The notes below the pieces were generated by a model, which worked only from the letters and a program-made list of their open reading frames with translations, did no database searches and was not told the origin of the DNA. A stretch of DNA of 42,210 nt from Rhodoluna sp. (GTDB taxonomy: Bacteria; Actinomycetota; Actinomycetes; Actinomycetales; Microbacteriaceae): positions 1 through 42,210 of the forward strand of contig JBIJAB010000001.1 in the NCBI GenBank assembly GCA_044345975.1. Direction: 5' to 3'. Numbering within the stretch: position 1 is the stretch's first letter; each line of letters begins with the position of its first letter. This document shows, in pieces, positions 27,050 through 39,277 of the stretch. Position numbers and translations under genes: made by a program.

Positions 27050-27187
27050 TTACGCAGACAGTTCGGTGCGGCCCTTGCGGCGGCGAGCTGCAAGAATTGC
27101 TCGGCCAGCACGGGTCTTCATGCGAAGACGGAAACCGTGTGTCTTAGCGCGGCGACGGTTGTTTGGCTGGAAGGTACGCTTGCTCAT
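27050..27187 (-). CDS. rpmH: 50S ribosomal protein L34 (missing from the ORF track)
   Basis: Manual translation, 45 aa: [45 protein letters not shown]. Confidence 0.98.
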   Translation of the reverse strand: MSKRTFQPNNRRRAKTHGFRLRMKTRAGRAILAARRRKGRTELSA

Positions 27188-27451
27188 GAGGTGCTACTCC
27201 AAAACTTTTTGTGGGTCCACGTCGAAGTTAGATGAATCTGATACTCGGCGAACCCAATGCCGAGCAACCTCTTAAACTTACGGCAACAAAGCCCCGCAGG
27301 TCAAGTTATATTCGAAATAAAATTTTGAGATCTACAAAACTTGGCAAAAATGGAAATGACCGTTTTTCATAACATTTTGGACAAAACTAATAAATTTTGC
27401 TTTTTCGATTTGCAATTTGAGCCACTTAGGCAGTTGAATACATAGAGATAG

Positions 27452-27538
27452 TTTTCCACAGACTCCAACAGCTCGGGGATGTGGGTTATCCACAGGTTAT
27501 CCACAGGTGTTAATATCTGTGGACTCAACTGTGGAAAA
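27452..27538. promoter_or_regulatory. DnaA boxes in the rpmH-dnaA intergenic region
   Basis: TTTTCCACA 27452, TTATCCACA 27486 and 27497, TGTGGAAAA 27530. Confidence 0.85.
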
Positions 27539-27581
27539 CTAGATAAATAGCAGTAAATCATTGAATTATTGAAAGAAACCC

Positions 27582-28982
27582 ATGGCAGAAATAACTGGAA
27601 TTACCACTGAACAGTGGCAAGACGTTGTTTCTAGGCTACGGGATGACGAGAGAATAACTAAGCAGCTTCTTGGCTTCGTGAACTTGATCTCTGTTCAAGG
27701 AATTCTGGGTGAGACACTGTATTTGCAGGTTGCAAATGAAATGACCAGAGGCATTATTGAGCAACGCATCAAGATGCCTTTACTAGAGACCCTTTCAACT
27801 GTTGGTCTTGAAGATATTCCGACCAACATAGGAATCGTCGTAAACCCTGAACTGGCTCTTGCATTTAGTGCAACCCAGCAGTCTGAGATTGAACAGGACG
27901 AAGAGCCAGCAGTGGTTCCTGTCTACTCCTCATCTGACACTTCTCAGCCAACTGATGGATCCTCTCGTCTGAACCCTAGATACACATTCGAAAGCTTTGT
28001 TCAGGGAAGTTCAAATAGATTTGCCCATGCTGCAGCCTTTGCAGTTGCTGAAGTTCCAGCAAATGCATACAACCCGCTTTTCATTTATGGAAACTCGGGT
28101 CTAGGTAAAACCCACCTATTGCATGCAATCGGCAACTACGTTCAGCAATACTGGCCTGGCAAGAAGGTTCGTTACGTTTCCAGTGAAGTATTCACTAATG
28201 ATTTCATCAACGCTATTCAAACCAACACAAGCTTTAACTTCCAATCTAAATACCGCCAGGTTGATGTCCTATTGATCGATGACATTCAGTTCCTGCAAGG
28301 CAAGAAAGAGACCCAAGAGTCATTCTTCGCTACCTTCAACGCTCTCCATGAGCAAGGGAAGCAGGTTGTTATCACAAGCGATGTTTCACCGAAGCTCCTA
28401 AACAGTTTTGACGAGCGCATGAGAAGCCGCTTTGAATGGGGTCTAATGACAGACATTCAGGCTCCGGAACTTGAGACCAGAATCGCGATTCTTAGGAAAA
28501 AAGCTGAAAACGACAAGATTCGTGTCAGTGATGAGATTTTGGATTACATGGCAGCTCGTATATCTTCAAACATTCGTGAGCTTGAGGGTGCCCTCATTAG
28601 AGTTACTGCTTTCGCAGCCCTAAACAGAACTCAGATCGACATGCCGCTGGTTCAGGCTGTTCTTAAGGATGTTGTTCCCTTGGGTGAGGATGGCAACAGT
28701 ATTGCCCCAATGGAAATAGTTAGAGCCGTCTGTAGTTACTTCAAGTTAACTCAGGAGGAGCTATTTGGTAAATCTAGATCTCAGGCGATTGTGACTGGTA
28801 GACAGATTGCTATGTACCTTTGTAGAGAAAAGACAAGCATGTCTCTTCCTAAGATTGGTGCTTTGTTTGGTGGCAGAGACCACACAACAGTGATGTATGC
28901 GATTAAGAAGGTTGGGGATTTAATGAAGGAACGTAGATCTATCTACAACTTCGTCACCGACATTATGTCTGGATTGAAGTAA
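27582..28982 (+). CDS. dnaA: Chromosomal replication initiator DnaA
   Basis: LNPRYTF, YNPLFIYGNSGLGKTH, LLIDDIQF, GGRDHTTV. Confidence 0.99.
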   Translation: MAEITGITTEQWQDVVSRLRDDERITKQLLGFVNLISVQGILGETLYLQVANEMTRGIIEQRIKMPLLETLSTVGLEDIPTNIGIVVNPELALAFSATQQSEIEQDEEPAVVPVYSSSDTSQPTDGSSRLNPRYTFESFVQGSSNRFAHAAAFAVAEVPANAYNPLFIYGNSGLGKTHLLHAIGNYVQQYWPGKKVRYVSSEVFTNDFINAIQTNTSFNFQSKYRQVDVLLIDDIQFLQGKKETQESFFATFNALHEQGKQVVITSDVSPKLLNSFDERMRSRFEWGLMTDIQAPELETRIAILRKKAENDKIRVSDEILDYMAARISSNIRELEGALIRVTAFAALNRTQIDMPLVQAVLKDVVPLGEDGNSIAPMEIVRAVCSYFKLTQEELFGKSRSQAIVTGRQIAMYLCREKTSMSLPKIGALFGGRDHTTVMYAIKKVGDLMKERRSIYNFVTDIMSGLK

Positions 28983-29316
28983 AAACTTTTCAACATCACC
29001 TGTTTATAACCTGTGTAATAAACCCCGTTTTCTGTTAGTAACTACAGGTAGCTTGTTAGTTGTTGTCCATTAGTCCACAAAGGAGAAAGTTATACACAGA
29101 ATTATCCCCAGATGTGTATACAACTTTCATGCTTGTAGTTCAGGTCAAATACAAGGTTGTTAGACAGTTATCCACATTATCCACAAGCGTTAATAAGACT
29201 ATTAAAGATTAAAGAGTTAAAGAAGCTAAAGACCATAACCCTTAGGTTTGGCTATGTCCCCAGGTGAGTTAGTTTTGTGCCAAGATTAACCACGTAATCC
29301 CCACGAAAGGTGAACT
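28983..29316. other. oriC (dnaA-dnaN intergenic)
   Basis: Boxes TGTTTATAA 29001, TTATACACA 29090, TTATCCCCA 29102, tandem TTATCCACA 29168/29177, then TAA-TAA trio-like start and an AT-rich TAAAGA-repeat tract (DUE-like). Confidence 0.9.
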
Positions 29317-30459
29317 GTGAAGTTCCAGGTCAACAGAGATGTGCTTGCAGAAGCTGTAGCGTTCGCAGCTCGCATGCTCCAGTCAAAACCAACATCCCAA
29401 GTTCTATCCGGTATGCGATTGGTTGCTGACGCTAACTCTCTTCAAGTATCAGTATTCGATCATGACGTGTCAGCTCAGACAGACGTTGTTGCGAACGTTG
29501 AGAAATCAGGAACTGCTCTCGTATCAGGAAAACTTCTAAACGACATTATTGGACGCCTTCCAAACCAACCAGTAACCCTAGTTGTTGAAGGAACCAAGGC
29601 AGTACTAACCTGTGGCACATCAAAGTTTGAACTCGCTACTCTACCAATTGAGCAGTACCCAACTCTTCCACCTATTCCTCCTGTAACTGGAACCATTGAG
29701 GGTGACGCGTTCATTTCAGCAATCAGAAGAGTATCTGTTGCTTCAGCTAAAGAATCCACCAGGGCTTTTCAAAAAGGAATTCAGATAAAAGCCACCCCAA
29801 CTGCTGTTACTCTAACCGCAGCAGATCCAAACAGAATAGCTCGTTGCCAGGTGCAGTGGTTGGGTAAAAATGTTTCTGAAGAAACATCTGCAGTAGTTCT
29901 AACTAAGACTATGCAAGACATTGAAAAGACATTTGCAAACTTGGGTGAAATTAATATCTCAATCGCACCTGATGGTGGAATGGTGGCATTCCAAGCAAAG
30001 AATCGAATTGTCACAACAGTTGTTCTAAACATCGACAACTATCCAGACATCGACCAATACTTCCCAACCAACCTTGAAGAGTCTGTCGTAATCAACAAAC
30101 AAGACTTGATTGACGCAACCAGAAGAGTTGAGTTAGTGGTAAACGAATCTGAAGACACAATACGTTATGCCTTTGAAGAAGGATCAGTAAACCTTGACTC
30201 AACTAGCTCTGAACATAACGCTACAGAATCTGTGCAAGCAACCCTTAATGGAAACCCAACAAGTTTAAGATTTAAGCCTTGGCTATTCCACGATGGTCTT
30301 AGCCAGATAACAAGTGAGTTTGTGAAAATTGAATTCACCAAAAACCAGAGAGACAACACTCGTCCAGGTCCAATCATCATGTCAAGCCAAACCTCCAAAG
30401 ATGCAGCTTCGCCTGACACATATCGGTACCTACTAAACCCGAACATGTTAAAGCGATAA
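29317..30459 (+). CDS. dnaN: DNA polymerase III beta clamp (divergent)
   Basis: MKFQVNRDVLAEAV, LVSGKLL, EQYPTLP, YRYLLNP; position downstream of oriC. Confidence 0.95.
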   Translation: MKFQVNRDVLAEAVAFAARMLQSKPTSQVLSGMRLVADANSLQVSVFDHDVSAQTDVVANVEKSGTALVSGKLLNDIIGRLPNQPVTLVVEGTKAVLTCGTSKFELATLPIEQYPTLPPIPPVTGTIEGDAFISAIRRVSVASAKESTRAFQKGIQIKATPTAVTLTAADPNRIARCQVQWLGKNVSEETSAVVLTKTMQDIEKTFANLGEINISIAPDGGMVAFQAKNRIVTTVVLNIDNYPDIDQYFPTNLEESVVINKQDLIDATRRVELVVNESEDTIRYAFEEGSVNLDSTSSEHNATESVQATLNGNPTSLRFKPWLFHDGLSQITSEFVKIEFTKNQRDNTRPGPIIMSSQTSKDAASPDTYRYLLNPNMLKR

Positions 30460-30487
30460 ATAAACAGCATCAAGCGAAAGGCAACAA

Positions 30488-31372
30488 ATGCACATTGGAC
30501 TAGTTGGTCTAGGAAAAATGGGTGGCAATATGCGCACCCGTCTTCGTAATAAAGGAATTGAAGTAACAGGCTACGCACGTGATCGTGCAGTAGCTGATGT
30601 GGGCAGCATTGAAGAGATGGTAGCTGCTTTACCTTCTCCAAAGATTGTTTGGGTTATGGTTCCTCACGGTCAACCAACTGACGATGTAATCAACGAACTT
30701 CAGAAGCACATGGGTGCGGGAGATCTAATCATCGAAGGTGGAAACTCTAGATTCAGCGAAGACATCAGACACGCGGCTCAGGTAGCCGAGTCCGGTATTG
30801 GTTACCTGGACTGTGGTGTTTCTGGTGGTGTGTGGGGGCTACAGAACGGCTACGGATTAATGGTTGGTGGCGATGAGAAGCTAGTTGCTCTTGCGATGCC
30901 AATCTTTGACGCTCTTCGCCCAGAAGGCGAGAGGTCAGAAGGTTTCGTCCACGTGGGTGATGTTGGAGCAGGTCACTACGCCAAGATGGTCCACAACGGA
31001 ATTGAATACGCCATGATGCAAGCATTTGCGGAAGGTTACGAACTTCTTGAAAAGAAGGACATCATCAAGGATGTCCACGGAACATTTGCTGCATGGCAAA
31101 GAGGAACAGTTGTTCGTTCATGGCTACTAGATCTTTTGGTTCTTGCTCTTGAAGAGGATCCAAGCTTGTCAAAGATCAAGGGTTATGTAGAAGACTCAGG
31201 TGAAGGTCGTTGGACTGTTGAAGAAGGTATTGCAAACGCTGTACCGATGCCAGCAATCACCGCTTCACTGTTCGCAAGATTTACAAGCCGTCAAGATGAT
31301 TCACCAGCGATGAAAGCTGTTGCAGCTCTGCGTAATCAATTTGGTGGTCACGCGGTTAAAAAAGCAGATTAG
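30488..31372 (+). CDS. gnd: 6-phosphogluconate dehydrogenase, short NAD-type
   Basis: GLGKMG, DCGVSGG, GHYAKMVHNGIEY, RNQFGGH. Confidence 0.96.
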   Translation: MHIGLVGLGKMGGNMRTRLRNKGIEVTGYARDRAVADVGSIEEMVAALPSPKIVWVMVPHGQPTDDVINELQKHMGAGDLIIEGGNSRFSEDIRHAAQVAESGIGYLDCGVSGGVWGLQNGYGLMVGGDEKLVALAMPIFDALRPEGERSEGFVHVGDVGAGHYAKMVHNGIEYAMMQAFAEGYELLEKKDIIKDVHGTFAAWQRGTVVRSWLLDLLVLALEEDPSLSKIKGYVEDSGEGRWTVEEGIANAVPMPAITASLFARFTSRQDDSPAMKAVAALRNQFGGHAVKKAD

Positions 31373-31379
31373 ATTTTAG

Positions 31380-32540
31380 ATGCACGTTAAGCATCTGACT
31401 CTTTCAAATTTCCGCAACTATAAAACAGTTGAGCTACCTCTTAACCAAGGCATAAACCTCCTTGTTGGTAAAAATGGTCAAGGGAAAACAAATCTTGCCG
31501 AAGCAATTTTCTATGCTGCAACTTTAAGCTCTCACAGAGTTAGTGGCTATCTTCCACTCATTAGGCAAGGTGAATCGAAAGCAATCATTAGACTGCTCGC
31601 TCGATTTGAAGAACGTGAGAACCTGATCGAGTTGGAACTAAACCTTCAAGGTGCCAATAGGGCTCGCATAAACAAGAGCGACGCCCCGAGAGTCAGAGAT
31701 ATTCTGGGCTACGTTAACGCAGTCATTTTCTCCCCAGAAGATTTGGATATCGTTAAAAGAGATCCATCAAATAGAAGGTCCTTCATCGACGAACTAATAA
31801 TTCAGTTAACACCGAGAATGGCTGGGGTTTACAGCGACTATGAAAGAGTCCTGAAACAAAGAAATTCTTTACTCAAGAGCTCTAAAAACATTCCCTCTGG
31901 TTCTTCTAGTTTGAGCACTTTGGAATCATGGGATCAGTCACTAGTTCGCATCGGAAGCGAAATCATTGCCGCCCGCTTTGATATAACTACCAGGCTAGCC
32001 CCGCACCTAAGCGACGCATACTCTGCGATCGCAGATGAAAAGAATGACCCATCTATAAAGCTTAAAACTTCACTTCTATCTAATGATCTGGAATCAGATA
32101 GCTCAAATGAGTTTTTAGAAAACGGCAATAGGGAAAAGATAGAGAATCTATTCCAGCTACGCCTGAAGGAAGTTAGAAACAAAGAACTTGAACGAGGGGT
32201 AACCCTGGTTGGACCTCACAGAGACGATCTCCTCCTACTTCTCGGCTCACTGCCAGCCAAAGGATACATAAGCCACGGTGAATCCTGGTCATATGCATTG
32301 GCTTTGAAGCTGGCGAGTGCGGAACTCATTCGCAAGGAAGCCAGAGCTGGAGATCCAGTGTTAATTCTTGATGATGTCTTTGCTGAACTTGATTCGACTC
32401 GACGGTCACGTTTGGCTTCCATGGTGTCGCATAATGAACAGGTGATAATCACAGCAGCGGTTGCAGAGGATGTTCCTTCTGAGCTAAGTGCTACTCGGTT
32501 CTATGTTCAAGCAGGATCTCTTGAGGTTACTGATGACTAA
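31380..32540 (+). CDS. recF: DNA replication/repair protein RecF
   Basis: NFRNY, GKNGQGKTN, GPHRDD, ILDDVFAELD. Confidence 0.97.
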   Translation: MHVKHLTLSNFRNYKTVELPLNQGINLLVGKNGQGKTNLAEAIFYAATLSSHRVSGYLPLIRQGESKAIIRLLARFEERENLIELELNLQGANRARINKSDAPRVRDILGYVNAVIFSPEDLDIVKRDPSNRRSFIDELIIQLTPRMAGVYSDYERVLKQRNSLLKSSKNIPSGSSSLSTLESWDQSLVRIGSEIIAARFDITTRLAPHLSDAYSAIADEKNDPSIKLKTSLLSNDLESDSSNEFLENGNREKIENLFQLRLKEVRNKELERGVTLVGPHRDDLLLLLGSLPAKGYISHGESWSYALALKLASAELIRKEARAGDPVLILDDVFAELDSTRRSRLASMVSHNEQVIITAAVAEDVPSELSATRFYVQAGSLEVTDD

Positions 32541-33024
32541 AGAAAATAAACCGGATGTCGCTGTTGAGTTTTATTACCGCATGAGGGCTGCCATAACAGG
32601 TAGAAAAGACAGGGACACTAAGAGACGAGAGAAGAACCAACGCCAAAACTCTAAGCCTTTTGATTCAGGCAGAGCACCTAAGTCGATAGCCAACACTATG
32701 GATGAGTTGATTCAGACATTTGGTTGGCAATCAAAGGTTTCTGAGGGCGAGCTTTTCGCGAACTGGAAAGAACTTGTGGGGGATCGGGTCGCCGAGAGCA
32801 GTTTCCCAGAGGATCTTTCCAAGGGGATACTCACCGTTCGCTGCAAAAGCACCGCCTGGGCAACCCAGCTAAGACTCATGGGTGCAGAGATTCTCACCAG
32901 GATATCGGAGCGTTTACCAGATCTTGAGGTGAAGGAAATACGGTTTATTGGGCCACAGGCACCTAGCTTTAAGCGTGGTTTTAGGACAGTTCAGGGCAGG
33001 GGTCCCAGGGACACCTTCGGATAA
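32533..33024 (+). CDS. dciA: DUF721/DciA helicase-loading family protein
   Basis: W..LVG...A, STAWATQLR, GRGPRDTFG; ATG 32533 after GAGG; recF-gyrB slot. Confidence 0.88.
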   Translation: MTKENKPDVAVEFYYRMRAAITGRKDRDTKRREKNQRQNSKPFDSGRAPKSIANTMDELIQTFGWQSKVSEGELFANWKELVGDRVAESSFPEDLSKGILTVRCKSTAWATQLRLMGAEILTRISERLPDLEVKEIRFIGPQAPSFKRGFRTVQGRGPRDTFG

Positions 33025-33070
33025 CCAGCCATTATGTCCTGACCCTTGTAAATAAGCGACTTGTAGAGAG

Positions 33071-33079
33071 TTATCCACA
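33071..33079. promoter_or_regulatory. Single DnaA box upstream of the gyrB promoter
   Basis: TTATCCACA; -10-like TAGAAT about 55 nt downstream. Confidence 0.55.
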
Positions 33080-33215
33080 GGCAATAAAGTGCCTAAATTA
33101 GACGATTTTAGCCCCCTTTCAGGCGTTAAAAAGGGTAGAATTAGGTGGTCAGTTACCCCGGATTTAAGTCACCTTATTGAAGGTGCAGTCGTGAGGGCCT
33201 GACTCGATGAAATAG

Positions 33216-35168
<1,953 letters not shown>

Positions 35169-35182
35169 AGCGGGAAAATATT

Positions 35183-37705
35183 ATGACTGAAAACAACGAA
35201 CCAATTGTCGACAGAGTCGAGCAAATCGATCTAAACGTAGAAATGCAAAGGTCATACCTTGACTACGCAATGAGCGTTATTGTTGGCCGTGCTCTACCCG
35301 ATGTTAGAGATGGACTGAAGCCTGTTCACCGCAGAGTTATTTATGCGATGTATGACGGTGGCTATAGACCAGACAAACAATTCTCAAAGTGCTCTCGTGT
35401 TGTTGGTGATGTGATGGGTCAGTATCACCCTCACGGTGATGGCGCGATCTATGACACCTTGGTACGTCTCGTTCAGGAATGGAACTTACGCTACCCATTG
35501 GTAAATGGTCAGGGTAACTTTGGTTCCCCTGGTAACGATGGTGCAGCTGCACCTCGATACACCGAATGCCGCATGGCCCCTCTAGCCCTTGAAATGGTTA
35601 GGGACATTGACGAAGAAACCGTTAACTTCCAGGACAACTACGACGGTAGAACTCAAGAACCAACAGTTCTCCCTAGCCGTATTCCGAACCTGCTTATCAA
35701 TGGATCTATCGGTATCGCTGTTGCTATGGCAACCAACATCCCTCCTCACAACCTTCGTGAAGTTGCGGAAGGTGCTCAGTGGGCGCTAGCTAACCCGAAT
35801 GCTACTCAGGAAGAACTTCTCGCTGCTTTGATGCAACGCATCAAGGGCCCAGACTTCCCAACTGCAGCAACCATCCTTGGTTCTCAGGGAATCAAGGATG
35901 CATATAGAACCGGTCGTGGATCAATCACGATGCGAGCAATCGTTAACGTTGAAGAACTTCAGGGCAGAACTTGTTTAGTTGTTACTGAACTTCCTTACCA
36001 AGTTAACCCAGACAACCTGGCTCTAAAGATCGCTGAGTTAGTTAAGGAACAAAGACTAACCGGTATCGCAGATATCCGTGATGAAACTTCTGGTCGAACA
36101 GGTCAGCGCCTAGTAATCGTTTTGAAGAAGGATGCAGTTGCACAGGTTGTTCTAAACAATCTATACAAGTTCACTCCATTGCAAGAAAACTTCAGTGCCA
36201 ACATGTTGGCGCTTGTTGACGGGGTTCCAAGAACTTTGAGCCTAGATGGATTCATCACATACTGGATCGCTCATCAGATTGAAGTCATCGTAAGAAGAAC
36301 CACCTACCGTCTAAAGAAGGCAGAAGAGCGTGCACACATTCTTCGCGGGTACCTAAAAGCTCTTGATGCTCTTGATGAAGTAATCAAACTTATTAGAGCG
36401 AGTGCAACAGCTGATGATGCTCGTGATGGTTTGATGAAGCTCCTCTCAATTGATGAACTGCAGGCAAGAGCAATCTTGAACATGCAGTTGCGTCAACTAG
36501 CAGCTCTAGAAAGACAGAAGATTGTTGACGAAGCAGCAGAGCTAGAAGCGTTGATTGTTGAATACAAGGCAATCATTGCGGATCCACAAAGACAGAGAAC
36601 CATCGTTAGCGAGGAACTTGAAGAGGTAGTTAAGCGTCACGGCGATGACAGAAGAACTCAGATCCTTCCAGGCGAAGACGGCGTTACTGATCTTGATCTA
36701 ATCCCTGAAGAAGAAATGGTTATCACCATTACCCGAGGTGGATATATCAAGCGCACAAAGAGCGATAACTATCGTTCACAGCATCGCGGCGGTAAGGGTG
36801 TGAAGGGTGCAAGCCTTAGAGCAGATGACGTTGTTGAACACTTCTTCGTAACAACAACCCATCACTACCTACTCTTCTTCACAAACAAGGGTCGCGTTTA
36901 TAGAACTAAGGCTTACGAAGTTCAAGAAGCAGGAAGAGATGCAAAGGGTCAGCACGCTGCTAACCTTCTAGCTCTCCAGCCTGATGAGAAGATCGCCCAG
37001 GTGTTAGACATTCGTGATTACCAGCAAGCAGAGTTCTTAGTTATCGCAACTAAGTCAGGTCTAGTTAAGAAGACATCTCTTGAGGCTTACGACACAGCAC
37101 GTTCAGGTGGTTTGATTGCTATCAAACTTCGTGAAGACGATGAAGTAGTTTCAGCGATGCTTGTTAATCAGAGTGATGATCTACTTCTAGTCTCAAGCAA
37201 GGGTATGTCCATCAGATTCTCTGCAAGCGATGAATCACTAAGACCTATGGGTAGAGATACCAGCGGAAACATTGGTATGAACTTCCGTGATGGTGATCAT
37301 CTATTGTCAGCGGATGTAATCACTGACCGCGGATTCGTATTTGTAGTAACTGAAGGTGGTTTTGCAAAGAGAACATCAGTTGATCAGTACCGACTACAAA
37401 ACCGTGGTGGTATTGGAATCAAGGTAGCCAAGTTAGAAGATCGACGAGGTGACATCGTTGGTGCACTAATCGTGGAAGAAGATGACGAAGTTCTTATCGT
37501 CCTCTCAAGCGGTAAAGTGGTCAGATCTGCCGTGAGTGAAGTCCCTGCTCGCGGAAGAGACACAATGGGTGTTGTTTTTGCCCGTTTCGATGATGACGAT
37601 TCAGTCCTAGGATTAGCAAAGAACAGCGAAAGAAATCTAGAGAGCGTTGACACAGAAACCACTAGTGTCGAAGTTGTCTCAGAAGAAAGCGGAGAGCAAG
37701 AATGA
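35183..37705 (+). CDS. gyrA: DNA gyrase subunit A
   Basis: [18 protein letters not shown], catalytic PRYTE, GyrA-box QHRGGKG. Confidence 0.99.
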   Translation: MTENNEPIVDRVEQIDLNVEMQRSYLDYAMSVIVGRALPDVRDGLKPVHRRVIYAMYDGGYRPDKQFSKCSRVVGDVMGQYHPHGDGAIYDTLVRLVQEWNLRYPLVNGQGNFGSPGNDGAAAPRYTECRMAPLALEMVRDIDEETVNFQDNYDGRTQEPTVLPSRIPNLLINGSIGIAVAMATNIPPHNLREVAEGAQWALANPNATQEELLAALMQRIKGPDFPTAATILGSQGIKDAYRTGRGSITMRAIVNVEELQGRTCLVVTELPYQVNPDNLALKIAELVKEQRLTGIADIRDETSGRTGQRLVIVLKKDAVAQVVLNNLYKFTPLQENFSANMLALVDGVPRTLSLDGFITYWIAHQIEVIVRRTTYRLKKAEERAHILRGYLKALDALDEVIKLIRASATADDARDGLMKLLSIDELQARAILNMQLRQLAALERQKIVDEAAELEALIVEYKAIIADPQRQRTIVSEELEEVVKRHGDDRRTQILPGEDGVTDLDLIPEEEMVITITRGGYIKRTKSDNYRSQHRGGKGVKGASLRADDVVEHFFVTTTHHYLLFFTNKGRVYRTKAYEVQEAGRDAKGQHAANLLALQPDEKIAQVLDIRDYQQAEFLVIATKSGLVKKTSLEAYDTARSGGLIAIKLREDDEVVSAMLVNQSDDLLLVSSKGMSIRFSASDESLRPMGRDTSGNIGMNFRDGDHLLSADVITDRGFVFVVTEGGFAKRTSVDQYRLQNRGGIGIKVAKLEDRRGDIVGALIVEEDDEVLIVLSSGKVVRSAVSEVPARGRDTMGVVFARFDDDDSVLGLAKNSERNLESVDTETTSVEVVSEESGEQE

Positions 37706-38067
37706 GTATCTTTTCACGCACTGTAAGACGCAGTGAATCTAGCGTCAAGCCTGTCAACCTCAAGCTAGTCAAGATCAGCTTCTGGTCAGCAGTCAGGGTT
37801 GGCTTTGTCATCAACATCGCAGTTGGAATCGGCCTAGTTATAGCCGTTTCAATGGTCTACTTCATCCTCAACGCCCTAGGCGCTACAGCCCTGCTAAAAG
37901 ACTTCGTCGGATTAGACGTAGCTTTCCCTGCAGTGCTTGCTACAGCCCTCAGCATGGCCCTTTTCACCATTGTTGTGGGAACCATCCTGGCAGGCGTTTG
38001 GGCGGCGATTTTCAACATAGTTGCCCGTATTACAGGGGGAGTATCAGTAGGTTTCACAAATAACTAA
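37702..38067 (+). CDS. DUF3566 transmembrane protein
   Basis: [24 protein letters not shown]; usual position after gyrA; ATGA overlap. Confidence 0.85.
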   Translation: MSIFSRTVRRSESSVKPVNLKLVKISFWSAVRVGFVINIAVGIGLVIAVSMVYFILNALGATALLKDFVGLDVAFPAVLATALSMALFTIVVGTILAGVWAAIFNIVARITGGVSVGFTNN

Positions 38068-38118
38068 ATCTCAGTTTGAGACAAATCCTCAAATCAGATA
38101 AGGTTAAGTTCGTTCTAT

Positions 38119-38195
38119 GGGCCTATAGCTCAGGTGGTTAGAGCGCTTCACTGATAATGAAGAGGTCGGAGGTTCAAGTCCTCCTAGGCCCACCA
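38119..38195 (+). tRNA. tRNA-Ile(GAT), CCA encoded
   Basis: GGGCCTA/TAGGCCC acceptor stem, CTTCA-CTGATAA-TGAAG anticodon arm, GGTTCAAGTCC T arm. Confidence 0.98.
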
Positions 38196-38229
38196 GGAAG
38201 TACTCTCTCACCAGAGTGGCCTTCCGAAC

Positions 38230-38302
38230 GGGGACTTAGCTCAGTTGGTAGAGCACCTGCTTTGCAAGCAGGGGGTCAGGGGTTCGACCCCCCTAGTCTC
38301 CA
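38230..38302 (+). tRNA. tRNA-Ala(TGC), CCA not encoded
   Basis: GGGGACT/AGTCTCC stem with G3:U70, anticodon loop TTTGCAA, GGTTCGA. Confidence 0.98.
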
Positions 38303-38311
38303 CGCAAGTGG

Positions 38312-38345
38312 AAAGCCCGGTCAGAAATGACCGGGCTTTTCTTTA
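38312..38345. terminator. Terminator after the tRNA pair, probably bidirectional
   Basis: AAAGCCCGGTCA-gaaa-TGACCGGGCTTT followed by TCTTT. Confidence 0.88.
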
Positions 38346-38349
38346 TCCT

Positions 38350-38874
38350 CTAAAGCTCAATGTCCAATTGCTTAGCGATCTTCTTGCAGCGGTTCTGGAT
38401 TGACTTGGCACCTGAGCGATTGGCAGCACGTAGTCGTGGAAGGAAGTCCTGCAACAAAACCTCGTCAGTCTCAGCAAAGTCTGCTGCCGCTTGTAAACCG
38501 TAGTAACCAACAATTTTGCTCTTGTCGGTTTCAGCCCATTCCATAACAGTTTCGTACGCTTTCTTCTTTTGTGCCTTTGTGAGGTCTAGATGAACCAAAA
38601 GCTGGGGGATGTGCCAACGAACTTCCTGTTGGGTATAGAGAGGGATGTTCTTGAATAAGTCTTTTGTGAAGGGCTTCACAGTTTCTGGCTTCTGCTCTGC
38701 CAGCCTCATTGCAACATAACTGGCCCTCATAGCTACAACAGGGTCTGTGTCCAGGAATAAGTCATAAATCTCAGACAGACCTTTATCAGATTTAAGCAAA
38801 CTGGTAATGACCTTATCTGCTTCTCCAACAGATGTTCTTGTGCCTCCAGACAGAAGCTCTCTAAATTTACTCAT
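38350..38874 (-). CDS. Conserved hypothetical all-helical (HEAT/ARM-like) protein
   Basis: LSGGTRTSVGEAD, DPVVAMRA, QQEVRWH, DKSKIV; GGAG RBS before ATG 38874. Confidence 0.7.
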   Translation of the reverse strand: MSKFRELLSGGTRTSVGEADKVITSLLKSDKGLSEIYDLFLDTDPVVAMRASYVAMRLAEQKPETVKPFTKDLFKNIPLYTQQEVRWHIPQLLVHLDLTKAQKKKAYETVMEWAETDKSKIVGYYGLQAAADFAETDEVLLQDFLPRLRAANRSGAKSIQNRCKKIAKQLDIEL

Positions 38875-38967
38875 TGAACACTCCAAACACTCGATGGCTC
38901 AATTCTAGAAATCTGAGAGATTGGGTGGAATAGTTTCAAAGGAAACTCTCAGTGGTAGACTCAACCT

Positions 38968-39222
38968 ATGGAATCTTTAGCAAACTTTGTTGCCTTCATG
39001 CTCTTAGCCATGCTTATGTTGGCAGTTACCTCTTTAGTGTTGTCTCTCCTGGTTAATCTTAGAAAACTACCTAAGTTGGTTGGCTACATCGCTGTTGGTG
39101 TTCAAGCTGTTCTAACAATCTTTGCGTTCCAAACAACGCAAATGCTGGGCATGATTTCTTTGGCGTTGCTAGGAATCTGTCTTGTACTAGTTTTTGTGGA
39201 GGGCTCAAAAACCAAGAAGTAG
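38968..39222 (+). CDS. Small 3-TM membrane protein
   Basis: Three hydrophobic helices; -10 TAGACT 6 nt before ATG. Confidence 0.7.
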   Translation: MESLANFVAFMLLAMLMLAVTSLVLSLLVNLRKLPKLVGYIAVGVQAVLTIFAFQTTQMLGMISLALLGICLVLVFVEGSKTKK

Positions 39223-39277
39223 TTCCTTGGTTTCCAAGAAGCAAAAGGTATTCTAGACACAAGAGACGGGGACCCAC

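Noticed and set aside
27367-27561. 64-aa ORF upstream of dnaA
   Set aside because: Runs through DnaA boxes and promoter DNA; no RBS or protein-like features
30165-30641. 158-aa antisense ORF and the many other short ORFs overlapping core genes
   Set aside because: Shadow frames of well-supported genes, with no RBS or motifs
38196-38229. Small protein or ncRNA between the two tRNAs
   Set aside because: Only 34 nt forming a short GGAAG/CTTCC hairpin; best explained as a processing spacer
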